From Azolla caroliniana (taxonomy: Eukaryota > Plantae > Polypodiophyta), in the NCBI GenBank assembly GCA_043228905.1, contig JBHGNT010000016.1:3224001-3288000 (forward strand): DNA of 64,000 nucleotides, in the 5' to 3' direction. The notes under the pieces are model-generated. The model had not been told where the DNA came from. It saw only the letters and a list, made by a program, of their open reading frames with translations, and made no database searches. Positions within the stretch are counted from its first letter, which is position 1. Every line of letters begins with the position of its first letter. Below, one piece after another: positions 1 to 10,659 of this stretch. A program made the translations under genes and the position numbers.

Positions 1-222
1 GACGGGCATCGGCACCCCGAAGCCAATGCCGGTGATGATGTTGTAGGCGCCCGTGAAGATGAGGGTGGTGCCAAGGTCGAGGTCGTTGGCGAGTGCCAGG
101 GCCACCACGATGGGGATGAAGGTACCCAAATCACCCAATGCCCCGCTCATTTCCATCCACACCGACTTATACTTCATGTTAGTGCGCGCCTCAGCCACTA
201 TCGCCTTCTTGTCCCACCCCAT
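1..222 (-). CDS. MOT1: Molybdate transporter MOT1/MOT2 (SULTR5) family, 5' part; the CDS continues off the left edge
   Basis: Reverse strand reads MGWDKKAIVAEARTNMKYKSVWMEMSGALGDLGTFIPIVVALALANDLDLGTTLIFTGAYNIITGIGFGVPMPV, matching the MOT1-family motifs G(A)xGDLGT(Y/F)IPIV...DLGTTLIFTG.YN...PMPVQPMK. Absent from the ORF track because there is no stop inside the window. The start codon (ATG at 222) is uncertain. Confidence 0.9.
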   Translation of the reverse strand, partial: MGWDKKAIVAEARTNMKYKSVWMEMSGALGDLGTFIPIVVALALANDLDLGTTLIFTGAYNIITGIGFGVPMPV

Positions 223-769
223 GATGCTCAAAATAGGCCTATACCGTGGTTGGCTTGATTGATTTAACAAGAAGATCCAAGTCTACAAAGGCACTTCCTC
301 TACTATCTTCTTCTTATGATTATCTACAAGGAGATCCTCACGCTTAAATAGATCCATCCATCTAGAGTTGACATTTTGTTAATAGATTTGTATATCAAGG
401 GGAGGCCTATATCGGGGAAGGCTTACTTGGGATGTATCCTTCTTTATTTGTAGTACCATTGTCTCACGTCACTATTCACAACTCAGTATCTTGTACTACC
501 ATTCCTCTTAATCCTCCATCATGTGTATACCGAGTTACGACCACACAATTATAGGGTGGAACCATTGGCTTTGTCGTCGTCCATCATCTCACCCTTGGCT
601 TTACCTAACAGATGACACATATTGAGCCTACATCTAATTGTGTCGTTGATAGTAAAATAGTAGGCTCTTATAATCAACAAGCACACCATGGAAAATGAGA
701 TACAATTACTTGCCCTAATGATTGCCTTGATCTTGTAATATAGAAGTATGTTTGCACGAATATGATACA

Positions 770-1770
770 TGCATGGTTCGCCAGCTTTTTATTGTTACTA
801 GCAAGACGACACAGATTGATATAATGCATATGCATGAGCTATAATTTCCATGCATACGGTTAGAGACCACATATAATTAGGTTTTATATAGTACTAGGAT
901 ATTTTGAGGTGACAAAGGTTTGCATTAACCTAGTTATCTCTTTGTCTTAGTGTTTGAAAAAGCTTGCAACATCACAACACCAAATCTCCCTAATCATCTA
1001 CCTCTTCGGAGCGCATTCCTTGCTACAAATTCCCTTAAGATTCCTAAGAGTTGCCACTACTTTTACTCGTGCAATAAACAACATAATGGACATGATATCA
1101 TTGTCATCATATTCCTCACAAAATGATCATGAACATTGCACATTCGTCACTTTGTTTTGAGATTTTAAGACCCTTGCAAGCAAGTTAGACTATGAATATT
1201 CTAATAAGGAAGTGTGATGAGATTTTGAGGCTTCCCATTAAGAAAGTCAAACGAAGAATATTCCAAGAAGTAGGGTCCAATCAAAATGCTTTGTGTTTCT
1301 TACATTTGAATACTAGAATCATGTATGCGTGCATTCATGTTTCACCAACTTTTTATCGTTACTAGCAAGATGGCATGCCACAATAGTTACAATTTCCATG
1401 ATGATGACACTATAACTAGGATATATATATTCCAAAACAACATTGCTTCTATAGGTAGGATATCGATTGGTAGGTGAGAAAGGTTTGCATTAACCTAGTA
1501 AAATGAATATCACGAGTCTATCTACTCGAGTACACTCCTTGTTATATTTTCCCACTACTCTTACACATGCAATATCTGCATCAAACAACAAAATTATGGA
1601 CAAAGATTATTACATCATCTTCTTCATTGTATCCTCATGACGACAATCGTGGAGTTATCCATCAAGCACTTATTTTTGAGACCTCGCCATCACGTCAAAC
1701 TAGGAATATACCAAGAAGGAGGGTTCAATCACACCACCTTATGTTTATTACATTTGAATATTCCAAAAAT
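770..1770. repeat. Diverged tandem duplication (~550 bp, 2 copies) upstream of MOT1
   Basis: Shared collinear blocks: ctttttat(t/c)gttactagcaaga (~785, ~1349), aaaggtttgcattaacctagt (~914, ~1479), ccactact (~1054, ~1552), gaatat(t/a)ccaagaag (~1256, ~1704), ttacatttgaata (~1299, ~1748). Confidence 0.7.
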
Positions 1771-2321
1771 GAGGGAGTCACACCCTGGCTTTGACTTTCT
1801 TTCCACTAGAATATTCATGACCACTAAAATTATAAACATTTGAAATACATGTCCTCCACATTCCTATAAAAGAGCCCAACTTTATTCTTCAACTTGCCCT
1901 TTTCCCTCTAATTTAGCAAACTAATCTATAAAATATTCACATTATATAATGCTAATTATTCATATCCTATTAATGTTGTCACATGATTCTAGGGGAAGGG
2001 TGTGTAAGTCTTGAGCGGAACCACGTGGGTTCTTAACTAGGGAAGATAGTTTTTCATGGCATTGCCCTTGTATTTAGTTGTGGGAGATGAGTGTTGTAAG
2101 TGCAAACATGAGCATCCTCCCGACAAACCTTCCTCTGCAATGTGCGCGAGGATCTACCACGATAAATTCACGGGTTTTACTACATTTTGGAGCAACAACT
2201 TGTTTCATTGACATTGGCTTTTCCTAAAAACATAAAATCTTGGTGGTCTGAATATTGAAACCAATCAATCGAAAATATCAATGGGCAAATGTTTTCATCA
2301 GGTGTAGTTATAGAAGCGATT

Positions 2322-2448
2322 ATGTATCATGTATCATGTATCATGTATCATGTATCATGTATCATGTATCATGTATCATGTATCATGTATGTCAATATAT
2401 ATTGTTTATTCTAATATGTATCATGTATCATGTATCATGTATCATGTA
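2322..2448. repeat. (TATCATG)n heptamer microsatellite in two blocks
   Basis: Directly visible; the spacer tatgtcaatatata...tttattctaatatgt is duplicated too. Confidence 0.9.
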
Positions 2449-2490
2449 TGTCAATATATATCGTTTATTCTAATATGTGCTTGTGTCTAA

Positions 2491-2804
2491 CTATTACCAA
2501 ATAATAAAGAGCACTGGCGAGGGAATCGCGACCATGGATAGTGCAGAGCGTTGGGTTGAGGGCACATGCGATCTACACCATCCGATGTGGATAAAAAAAG
2601 TGTGCCAGTGAAAAAGTTGTCACCAGCCACCCGACCCGTCATTATTCAAACACCGTGCTCTATTTTTAGACACCTTGCTAATAATTTTCAGATACACTGC
2701 TCTATTTTTAGACACCCTACTCAAATCAGGTGCCCTCGGCCAAGCGCCATGCACCGTCCATGGTCGTGATTCCCTTGCCAAGCTTCTTTATTATTTGTTA
2801 GTGG
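2491..2804. mobile_element. Foldback element/MITE (~310 bp) with ~75-bp imperfect terminal inverted repeats
   Basis: caaataataaagagcactggcgagggaatcgcgaccatggatagtgcagagcgttgggttgagggcac (~2498-2565) is the imperfect reverse complement of gtgccctcggccaagcgccatgcaccgtccatggtcgtgattcccttgccaagcttctttattatttg (~2730-2797). The right end reads TAGTG (CACTA on the minus strand). No clean TSD. Confidence 0.75.
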
Positions 2805-3011
2805 TACTAATATGTATATATCATGTATGCATCAGTATATATGGATATGTGTGCATGTATGTATATCTGTAATATGTAATGTACTTATGTATGTGTATGT
2901 ATGTACGTATTTACATATGGTAACATATATTTGTACATATATTTATGGTTAGTCAATATGCATGTATGTATATGCATATTGATGGATGTAATGTTTGAAC
3001 GCAAGTATATA

Positions 3012-3186
3012 TGCATGCATGTATGAATGTATGTATGTATATATGATACTCTAAATTTGAATCATGTTTGCATAATATATTCTTTACTATCTCATTGAAA
3101 TATATTATGGATGCATGTATGAATGAATGTATGTATATATGATACTCTAAATTTGAATCATGTTTGCATAATATATTCTTTACTAT
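3012..3186. repeat. Tandem duplication (~99-bp period) abutting the truncated 5' end of the old Copia
   Basis: atgtatatatgatactctaaatttgaatcatgtttgcataatatattctttactatc occurs twice (~3035-3091 and ~3131-3187). Confidence 0.85.
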
Positions 3187-3189
3187 CAC

Positions 3190-3499
3190 CAGACCCAGAC
3201 TCGCTGAAATCGGCCAAGTGAAGTCCCAATTGTCGGATGCATTTGAAATGAAGGACTTGGGGGACCTTCATTACTTCCTCGGGATTGAAGTGATCCACAC
3301 TCCCGATGGCATATTGTTGTCTTAGCAACATTATGTGTTGAATATGTTGTACAAGTTCGGCATGACCGATTGCCAACTAGTGTCCACACCCCTGGACCGA
3401 AACCTGAAGGTTCTTCCCGACTCCAGACTGGCCTGCAACGAGAAACAGTTCCAACAAATTGTCAGGAGCCTTATTTACTTAACGATCACCTGACCTGAC
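3190..3499 (+). mobile_element. Older Ty1/Copia (Ale-like) element, RT fragment; 5'-truncated and split by a nested insertion
   Basis: Translates [57 protein letters not shown]...LIYLTIT*PD; it resumes as PDISYPVG after 8986. Confidence 0.9.
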
Positions 3500-3583
3500 T
3501 GTTGGAAGCGAGGTCGTCTTTGCGGAAGATCAAGTAGCATTCTTTCCTTTCCTGTACCTGCGTATGACAGTCTCTAGGTCGTT

Positions 3584-3620
<37 letters not shown>

Positions 3621-3793
3621 CACAAAAAAACTTCTTATTTCATAAAGCAATAATACAACATCCAACCTTACAAAGAGGTTACAAGGTCACTATATATAGT
3701 GACCGACTTAGGGCAACTACCCTTTATGCTAATTACATAAATGGCCAAAGACGAGATAGTGTGAATACGTCCATTATACACATGTATTCGACA
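3500..3793 (-). repeat. 3' LTR of the young Copia (294 bp)
   Basis: tgttggaagcg...tattcgaca; identical by eye to 8699-8986 except (AG)16 versus (AG)13. PPT ctccccc (GGGGGAG on minus) lies at 3794-3800. Confidence 0.95.
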
Positions 3794-3986
3794 CTCCCCC
3801 GTAATGGGCGTATACATGGGTTATCTAAGATTACAGGTATAGACTTAGGTTCTCGGACATATCAGCTTTGTTCGGGTCGGCAGGGTCCGAAGGCAGAAGA
3901 CCGAACTGGTCGGGTCGGAACAGTTGAAGCCGATCATTAAGGAACTGATGTCGGTTGTCGGGAACCATCCTGCTCTGTGTCCGGCT

Positions 3987-6900
3987 CTAACCGGACTGGT
4001 TTGTCGTTACGCCCATCTGATGCCGAAGAGACCGAAAACGGTCTGCCGAAAGACACTTGGTCATTCCATCTGCGACATTGTCGGTTGTGGATATTTTCTC
4101 TAGACCGATTTTCCCTGAAATGACGCAGTCCCGAACGAAGTGATATCGAACGTCGATATGTTTGGAGGCGTTGTGGTGAACCGGATTTTTTGACAAGGCA
4201 ACAGCACCTTGACTGTCGCTGTAGACAACTGGAGCCGAGTCATGGTCGACTTGTCGAAACGTGTGCGCCAGCCGACCGAGCCACAAAGCTTCTTTTGCTG
4301 CGTCGGACGCAGCTACATATTCTGCTTCGGTCGTTGAGGTCGCTGTGCACTCCTGAAGTTTCGACTTCCACGAGATTGCTCCATTGCCGAATTTGAAGCA
4401 GTATCCGGTTGTTGATTTCCGACTGTCTATACAGTCGGCGAAGTCCGAGTCGGTGTAACCGACTACGCCTGAGGTTCGGTTCGGACCGAAAAGAATGCCG
4501 TGGTCTTTTGTGCCAACCAGATATCTGAACACATGCTTGACTGCGTTCCAATGCGATCGGCCAGGTTTGTGCATAAATCTGCTAACGACTCCTACGGCGT
4601 GAGAAATATCAGGCCGTGTCGCGACCATCAGGTACATAAGGGAGCCGACTGCCGGTGCATACGGTACCGACTTCATATCTTCCCCCTCCGGGCCGGATGT
4701 CGGGCAGTCTCGCTGAGAGAGCCGAAGATTCATTGGGAGCGGGGTTGAAGTAGATTTGGCGGATTGCATGTTGAAGCGTTCCAAGACACGTCCGATATAG
4801 TCGGTCTGAGACAAAAAAAGATGTCGTTTATCGCGATGCCGACTAATTTTCATGCCAAGGATGTGTCGTGCCGGACCGAGGTCCTTCATGGCAAACTTCA
4901 ACCGCAGTTGCCGAACGAGATCGGCAAGTTCGCCCGCGTGGCGTCCAGAAATTAGCATGTCGTCCACGTAAATGATGAGGAAGATGGGTGATCCATCTTG
5001 AGCTGTGTTGGTGAAGAGACAATGGTCCTCATCGCTTTTGGAGAAGCCGATCGATTGGATGAAGTCGTCGAACTTCTTGTACCATTGTCGTGGTGCCTGT
5101 TTGAGGCCGTATAGACTCTTCCTGAGTCGGCAGACTAGATGTTCTTGGCCAGTTGCCACAAAGCCTTTTGGCTGCTCCATATAAATTTCCTCCTCGAGAT
5201 CACCATGGAGGAAGGCTGTTTTGACATCTAGCTGAATCAGCTCCAAGTTGTCGGCTGCCACTACGCCGAGCAGAAAACGAAGGGTTGTCATTTTCACCAC
5301 TGGTGAAAAAATCTCGTCGAAGTCGACGCCATATTCTTGTCGGAAGCCCTTCGCAACTAATCTGGCCTTGTACTTTGGGGTGGTCGAATCAGACGTCTCT
5401 TTTAGTCGATAAACCCACTTGCAAGGAAGAGCACGTCGGTTCCTAGGTAATTCGACCAGATCCCAAGTCTTGTTTGCTCGAATGGAGTGCATTTCCGACT
5501 CCATCGCCAGATGCCAGGTGGCTGAATCGACAGATGTCGATGCTTCTTCGTAAGACGTTGGTTCGCCGGCGTCGGTGAAGAAAATTCCAGGAGAATACCT
5601 CTCCGGAGGTTGCGACAGTCTCTCGGATCGTCGAGGTATGATTGGACTGGTTGCATCGGGTATCGTGGTCGGATGGTCCGAAAGCGGATTGTTCTGTTGT
5701 GCCGAGTCGGGGTTGTCCGAGTCGGTAGTGTAAGGTTCAGCTACCCGTGAAGCTGACCGTGTGTTGAGAGCGGGGCCTTCTTGAAGGGTCGGCACGTCGG
5801 AGAATGTTACCCTTCGGACTTCGATCGGTTTGTCGACTGATGGATTCATAGCCGACTCGTTGAACACAACGTCCGAACTTCGAACGATTTGTCTGCGTTC
5901 GGGGTCCCAGAGTCGGTATCCCATTTCGCCGTCTGATCCATATCCAAGGAAAATGCATTTCCTGGACCGAGGTGCAAGTTTTCGGCGATCATCTTTCGGA
6001 ATAAGGGCGTACGCCTCGCATCCGAAGATCCTCAGCTTGTCGTAATTCGGCTTACTGCCGATCCATAGTTCCTGAGGAATTTGAAGTCCTAGAGGTCTAC
6101 TTGGCGACATATTGATTATGTGTACTGCCGTGAGTAGAGCCTCTGCCCAGAAGCCATCCGACAGTCCGGAGTGTTGGAGCATGGAAACTATCCGTTCTTG
6201 GATCGTCCGATTCATTCGCTCTGCGATCCCGTTTTGCTCCGGACTGTGTGGTGCCGTAAATTCACGTCGGATGCCGCGTTGTCGGCAGAATTTGACGAAT
6301 TCATCGGATTTGAACTCTCCCCCGTTGTCGGTCCGAAAGCATTTCAGCTTTCGATCGGTTTGAGTTTCTACCATAGCGAGCCAGTCTGAGAAGATCGAGA
6401 AGACCCGATCTTTGGTGCGAATCGGATAAGCCCACACCTTTCGAGTCGAATCGTCAATAAAAGTGACGAAGTAAGAGGCACCGCCGAGAGACTGATGCGG
6501 CATTGGGCCACAGACGTCCGAGTGGACTAAGTCGAGAGGTCTCGTGTCTCTTGGTGCTGATGTCGGGTGTGATGCGGCTGCTTGTTTGCCATACTGACAA
6601 TGCTCGCAGAATTGATGGTCCGAGAAGGAGAGTTTGGGGATGTATCCGGCTCTAGATAGATGCGTGATGCCGGCCTTGCTGAGGTGTCCTAATCTTCTGT
6701 GCCATAGTGATGACACAGGAATATCCACCAAAAACAGGTTACCCTCTCTGAGCGTAACATGTAACGGATACAGTGAGTGTATCTTGGGTCCCCTAGCAAG
6801 CAGGAGGTTCCCCCTGTGGAGTGTCCACCCTCCCGAAGAAAAACCGGCACGAATGCCGTCTTCATCTAGTTGTCCGACTGAGATCAATGGCCTTGAGAGC

Positions 6901-8000
6901 TCGGGTACATGTCGGACATTGTGGAGTACAAGTGTAGAGCCACCTGCAAGGTTGAGCTCTACTGTGCCGATTCCGATGATGTCACAGTGTTGTGAGTTGC
7001 CGACCCGAACTGAGTCGGAGTGACGGATCGTATATTGCCGAAATTGGGACCGATGAGGAGTCACATGAAATGACGCGCCCGAATCCAAGAGCCATGTGCT
7101 CGATTCTTCAGTCGTGAGTAGAACTTCTGATCCGACTGGATTTTCGATTGATAGTATATTCGGGTCGTCTGGGAGCACATCGGCTGAGAAGCTGACGTAA
7201 TTGATCTCCTCATGCCGGCCACTCTTCTTGTTGTTCTTGTTCTTGAGTGCGCGGCAGTCGGCTTTGATGTGTCCGGGTTTCTTGCAATAGTTGCAGATTC
7301 GGTTATCCCGTGACTGGCTCCGTCTTCGCTGATTGTTCGGCGGCCGTGAGGAATCTCTTCCTCGTATGTTCGATCGGTCTGTCGAACCTTGTACTACATA
7401 AGCGTCGTCTGTTGAGTCTTTGGCGAAAGACTTTCTCCGAGCTGCTTCGGTCAGGATTGCGCTCGTGACTTCGGAGTATTTAACAGTCGTGGTTGACGCG
7501 TTGCACACGGTTGTGACAAAAGTTTCCCATGATGAGGGAAGGCTACTCATGAGTATCATTGCTCTGAGTTCATCCTCGATTTCCGTCCCCTGAGATGAGA
7601 TTTGGGAGCTTATGCTTTCGTACTCATTAAGGTGTGCTTGGACCGAATCGGATTCTTTCATCCGCAAGTTGTAGAGGCGCCGGATCAGAAACATCTTCGT
7701 TGCGGCTACCTTCTTTTCGTAAGTGTCCGACAGTGTTTTCCACAGTTCGAATGCTGTCGTACACGATTGCACCGTAAAATATACCGATTCCGATAGGTGC
7801 ATCCGAATCGTGGCGCGGACGATTCTGTCCAGCTTCTGCCACTCAATTGGTTTGTATCCTTCTGGAGGTTCTTCATTTTCGATGGGATCGATTTGCCCCT
7901 TGACTATGAGATAGTCTTGCATTTGCTCCTTCCAGAAGTTAAAGTTCGATCCATCGAACTTTCGTAGACTCATTTCTGACGAGCCGGATGTTGATGCCAT
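3987..8000 (-). CDS. Copia gag-pol polyprotein (gag, zinc knuckle, protease, integrase, RT, RNase H), 1337 aa from ATG at 8000
   Basis: [14 protein letters not shown] knuckle; [10 protein letters not shown] protease; HRRLGH...CEHC and [17 protein letters not shown] integrase; [20 protein letters not shown] and [17 protein letters not shown]...SRKSTTGY RNase H. No stops or frameshifts. Confidence 0.97.
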   Translation of the reverse strand: [1337 protein letters not shown]

Positions 8001-8684
8001 CAAATTCGGTTTCGGTTGACGAAGCTCGGTTCGGAGTTGACTACGAACCTTGTTGGAGTGCAGCCGGTTGGCTCACCCGATATCGTTCTAGTCGGATTTG
8101 AACCCGAGTCGGTTCGGCTTCGGATATATGTATTGTTGAACTTGCTCGAATTGACTCCGGTAACTTGAGGGACAGAACCGACTGGTCTTCCCGGATGTTG
8201 CCGAGTCGGAGTGAGCCCGGTTCGCTTCGGATATATATGCCGAATACCGATTATTGAAACCGATTATCTGGACCGATTCTGCTTCGGGTGGCTGCAGCGA
8301 CGAGAGAGACAGATCCAACTGATCCTCTCGAATGTCGATCAGCCGGATGAAGCACGAATTGGGGTTGTTGTCTTGAGACCGATCTGCATCGAGTGGTTAC
8401 AACGAGCGGCGAGCAGCGTTTGTTGACTACTTCGGATGCCGTTTAACCGAATGGAGCACGATCGTGTCAATGATACACAAGGGGATTTCACCTCGAGCGG
8501 TTACGATCACAAGGAACAGAGTACAACCTGATGGCTTACTCCAAGCAAGAGGATCTAACGCGATGAGGTGCAAAACCTCGTTTTTTTTTTCTTTTTGTTC
8601 TTCTTCTCTCTTTTTCGAATGACGCAGAAAACCGAATGCTGAGACGACGGCCGACAGCGGATTGAAGGACCGACTACTGTGCAG

Positions 8685-8696
8685 GCTCTGATACCA
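8685..8696 (-). promoter_or_regulatory. Primer-binding site (tRNA-iMet) of the young Copia
   Basis: gctctgatacca is TGGTATCAGAGC on minus, 2 nt inside the 5' LTR. Confidence 0.95.
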
Positions 8697-8698
8697 GA

Positions 8699-8986
8699 TG
8701 TTGGAAGCGAGGTCGTCTTTGCGGAAGATCAAGTAGCATTCTTTCCTTTCCTGTACCTGCGTATGACAGTCTCTAGGTCGTTGCACAGAGAGAGAGAGAG
8801 AGAGAGAGAGAGGCACAAAAAAACTTCTTATTTCATAAAGCAATAATACAACATCCAACCTTACAAAGAGGTTACAAGGTCACTATATATAGTGACCGAC
8901 TTAGGGCAACTACCCTTTATGCTAATTACATAAATGGCCAAAGACGAGATAGTGTGAATACGTCCATTATACACATGTATTCGACA
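8699..8986 (-). repeat. 5' LTR of the young Copia (288 bp)
   Basis: Direct repeat of 3500-3793 with TG...CA ends; adjacent to the PBS. Confidence 0.95.
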
Positions 8987-10659
8987 CCGACATCAGCTAT
9001 CCGGTCGGGATGATAAGTCAATTTATATCGAAGCCGACCGTGGAGCACCTTCAATGCGCGCACTGAATACTAAGGTATGGTAGCGGCACTAAGGATCAAG
9101 GATTGTTATACCGACACAATATAACTGAAAAGCTAGTCAAATATACGGATGCCGATTGGGCCGGTGATGCGTTGGATCGTCGGTCCACTTCCGGTTACAT
9201 GTTCTCTCTAGGTAGCGTGGTTGTTGCATGGAGCAGCAAAAAGCAGCCGACTATGGCTCTATCGAGCACTGAGGCTGAGTATCAGGGCGCTAATGTTGCC
9301 ACCTGTGAAGCCATCTGGCTTTGGCAACTGCTACAAGACCTGGGAATCGAAGTCCCGACTCCGATCTCAATCTACGACGACAACATGAGCAGCATACAAC
9401 TGGCCAAGAACGTCGTGTTCCATGCTCGGACAAAGCACATAGAAGTGCATTACCACTTTGGTGAAGTCGAATTCTGGTATGTTCTTACAAATCAACAGGT
9501 TGCTAACATCTTCTCCAAGGCACTTGGAACCGACAAGTTGCAACACTTTTTCGGAGATGTGTGGTCTTCAGCATCTTGACATCCTGCACTTAAGGGGGAG
9601 AAAGGAGGAAACCAGAACAAAAACCGGAAAGGCAGGTAATGGCACCGAACAAGGAGTCAGAGATAAGGAAACCGAAACAGGGGAGACAAGAAGAAAAACA
9701 GAGCCGAGTCAGCTGAAGAAGTCGGCACATCCGAACAAGTCGGAACAAGCGACGACGACGGCAGACTCAAGAAGGATAGAGCCGACCAAAAGGAGAAGGC
9801 CAAGACCTGAACGTGGTTTGATGTTGTGAAGGGCCTGAAGACTGAGGACGAATTGGAGACAACCAATTATGATAAGAGCTGGAACGAATCAGAGGCACCC
9901 TATTTGGAAGAGGTGTTTGATTCAGAGGAGCTAGATCAACTGAAGGCCAAATGGATTAGGAGGTAGCGGATGTCGACACCGATGCAGAGGAACTGACGGT
10001 TCAAGAATTGTCGGAGTCGCAACAATGAAGGAGCTGAGATGGGCCTTATGATCAGACAAGCCAACCAAGAAGGTCAAGGTGGGCGGGATCAGACGGGTCA
10101 TGGAAAGCAAAACCAGACGGGTCAAGGAGCGCGAGCAAGGCGAGAAGAAGCCAGAAGAAGCCGACTGCAAGGCTTGACGGACACTAACACAATGATCCAA
10201 CCTCAAGTTGAGCTTGAGGGGGAGTGTTGAGCGGACATGCTCAACCAGATCCACATCGGCTAAATAAGACGGAGACGGATTGGTATCCGGATCGGAGAGA
10301 CAGATTCGTATCCGGATTGGAGAGATGGATCGCATTTTAGTCGGTACGTCGTTAGAGGCCTACAATCTCAGCCTAGTACGTAGGCATATTCCGTGGAGTT
10401 AGTGTTAGTCTCCCGTATGAGCATTGAAGTACTTGTCAGTACTTTTGTAGTCCTTTTAAGGACTTGTAAAAAAGTGTTCAGTAGGACATTTGTATACACA
10501 GAGTGTTATTATTTTGAGTTAAGTTTTACTGTTCTGCTCTCTCTGTCTATCCCGCGTACTGTGTATTCTCAAGCTTCCATTAAACCTTCATTCTCTATTT
10601 TACTGTTGTTATCCCGCTAAGCCAGTTTGTCTACAAGCTTTCGCACGCATTTCTTTACA
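8987..10659 (+). mobile_element. Older Copia, remainder: RT end, RNase H, ~620-bp extra 3' region, PPT and putative 3' LTR (~10225-10659)
   Basis: YTDADWAGDALDRRSTSGY...SSKKQPTMALSSTEAEY...FHARTKHIEVHYHF, with stops and a frameshift. PPT cttgagggggag at 10213-10224 is followed by TGTTGA. The LTR right end (ACA at 10659) is a guess because there is no 5' LTR for comparison. Confidence 0.85.

Larger units (their letters stand above)
3500..8986 (-). mobile_element. Full-length intact Ty1/Copia LTR retrotransposon (Tnt1/Tork-like), very recent insertion
   Basis: TG...CA LTRs at 3500-3793 and 8699-8986, tRNA-iMet PBS, PPT, a single uninterrupted gag-pol ORF, and 5-bp TSD ctgac (3495-3499) / ccgac (8987-8991). 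Confidence 0.97.

Noticed and set aside
4190-8858. Many short ORFs overlapping the Copia element
   Set aside because: They are antisense or alternative-frame by-products of a GC-rich gag-pol and leader.
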